Below are positions 14,222 through 15,307 of a stretch of 15,307 nt of DNA, piece after piece. Numbering within the stretch: position 1 is the first letter of the stretch; every line of letters starts with the position of its first letter. The position numbers and the translations under genes are program-made. The stretch comes from Promethearchaeota archaeon. GTDB taxonomy: Archaea > Asgardarchaeota > Hermodarchaeia > Hermodarchaeales > Hermodarchaeaceae. The notes under the pieces are model-generated. The model had not been told where the DNA came from, ran no database searches, and saw nothing but the letters and a program-made list of their open reading frames with translations. The DNA lies in NCBI GenBank assembly GCA_048939245.1, contig JBHLPR010000054.1, positions 1 through 15,307 on the forward strand, given 5' to 3'.

Positions 14222-15307
14222 ATGTCCCCATTTGTTAATGATTTCGGACCTTTTCACGATAAATCCTGGATTAATGCCTCGAGTATAGGCGCAATGCCTA
14301 AAGTCGCCTACAAGGCTGCACAAGAGGTCATAAAATGGAATACCAAGCCCTACAAACTCAGTGAAACCGTATTCACTGAAATCCCAGAAAATCTCAAAAC
14401 AGTTTTAGCCCAACTCATCGGTTCCCCAGCAGAAGAAATCATCCTTGGCAATAGTGCCTCCTATGGCCTACATCTTTGGGCTAACGGCATACCTCTTACC
14501 CAAGGTGATGAAGTACTCCTCGTGAAGGGAGACTTTCCAGCAAGTATCTTACCCTGGATCTATCTAAGAAAAAGGGGGATTACGGTACGAGAGATCCAGC
14601 CCAAACAAGGTTTTCTTCAAGCCAGCGATCTCCACGAGAATATTACTGATTCGACGCGAATTCTTTGCGCCACTTGGGTTGATTCATTTACCGGTTACAG
14701 ACTCGATGCCAATGCCATCGGGGAAATTTGCAAAGAAAATGCTGTGATGTTTCTTCTTAACGTGACCCAAGGATTAGGGGCCCTCCCATTTGATGTTTCG
14801 AAGGTCCCTGTTGATGGCATCACCTGTACTGGGTACAAATGGTTATGTGGACCCTATGCCACTGGATTCGCCTGGATGAAACTTGAACACATCAACAGTC
14901 TAGACTACAATCAAGCCTACTGGATTCCTATGCAAGGGGACCGAGAAATGGATCAGATCAGAGACTACCAAATTCTTACAAACATCGGGGCAGCAAAATA
15001 TGATGTCTTCGGGACAGCAAACCTCTTTAATTTCGTGCCTTGGACAGAATCTGTAAAGCTATTACTCTATCATCGAATACCGGCCATAGCTGAGCATAAT
15101 GATAAATTAGTTAGGCAATTTCATGATGGACTCGATTCCACAAAATATGAAATTCGAAGCCCAACTAAAGACAATGAACGAACAGCAATCATCTTGGTGA
15201 GCCATAAACAGCCTGAACGTAACCGAGCCATCTTTGAACTGCTCCAAGAAGAAAAAATCTACATCTCCCTGCGTGAAAATCTTCTTCGGTTTTCACCACA
15301 TCTCTAC
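14222..15307 (+). CDS. Class V PLP-dependent enzyme (aminotransferase V fold, C-S lyase/epimerase-like); runs off the window edge
   Basis: Translated by hand; not in the ORF track. MSPFVNDFGPFHDKSWINASSIGAMP...LGNSASYGL...GDEVLLVKGDFPASILPW...LLNVTQGLGA...CTGYKWLCGPYATGF...LRENLLRFSPHLY. The PLP lysine codon is at 14837-14839; the frame is open for 362 codons to the window end. Confidence 0.9.
   Translation, partial: MSPFVNDFGPFHDKSWINASSIGAMPKVAYKAAQEVIKWNTKPYKLSETVFTEIPENLKTVLAQLIGSPAEEIILGNSASYGLHLWANGIPLTQGDEVLLVKGDFPASILPWIYLRKRGITVREIQPKQGFLQASDLHENITDSTRILCATWVDSFTGYRLDANAIGEICKENAVMFLLNVTQGLGALPFDVSKVPVDGITCTGYKWLCGPYATGFAWMKLEHINSLDYNQAYWIPMQGDREMDQIRDYQILTNIGAAKYDVFGTANLFNFVPWTESVKLLLYHRIPAIAEHNDKLVRQFHDGLDSTKYEIRSPTKDNERTAIILVSHKQPERNRAIFELLQEEKIYISLRENLLRFSPHLY

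Noticed and set aside
1538-14323. The other short ORFs (60-147 aa) nested in or overlapping the main genes
   Set aside because: They lie antisense or out of frame within well-supported CDSs and show no family motifs. 11619..11825 is relevant only to the frameshift hypothesis.
14222-15307. Assigning sufS, iscS or csd
   Set aside because: The catalytic Cys loop and the stacking His are absent.
1-15307. CRISPR arrays, tRNA/rRNA genes, transposases or a genome-wide alternative genetic code
   Set aside because: I saw no spaced direct repeats, RNA-gene signatures or transposase motifs by eye. All other genes are full-length under the standard code, and reading through the other TGA stop (13090-13092) yields nothing meaningful.

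Overview
This is a gene-dense archaeal chromosomal window, most likely from an Asgard archaeon. That is an inference from a Rab-like small GTPase, a membrane protein with a longin-like cytoplasmic domain, GGTGA-type ribosome-binding sites and TATA-like boxes. It holds 13 supportable CDSs, in order: a partial phytol/farnesol-kinase-like membrane protein (missing from the ORF track), a Rab-like GTPase, a saccharopine-dehydrogenase-family enzyme, an FGGY kinase, a SnoaL/NTF2 protein, a membrane-anchored Asp-box beta-propeller, a 930-aa receptor-like protein (glycosylated CBM/Ig-like ectodomain, one TM helix, longin-like plus winged-helix-like tail), an OFA-type MFS transporter, a SagB-type nitroreductase, an old-yellow-enzyme flavoprotein, a small Cys-rich protein, a tandem GNAT and a partial class V PLP enzyme (also missing from the track). 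I saw no rRNA, tRNA, CRISPR array or mobile element. The best leads are (1) a possible surface-glycan receptor / longin / Rab-like GTPase signalling module and (2) two flavoprotein genes in the same frame separated by a single TGA, where the downstream gene's apparent N-terminus has no canonical start codon. All family calls come from motif recognition by eye, not database searches.
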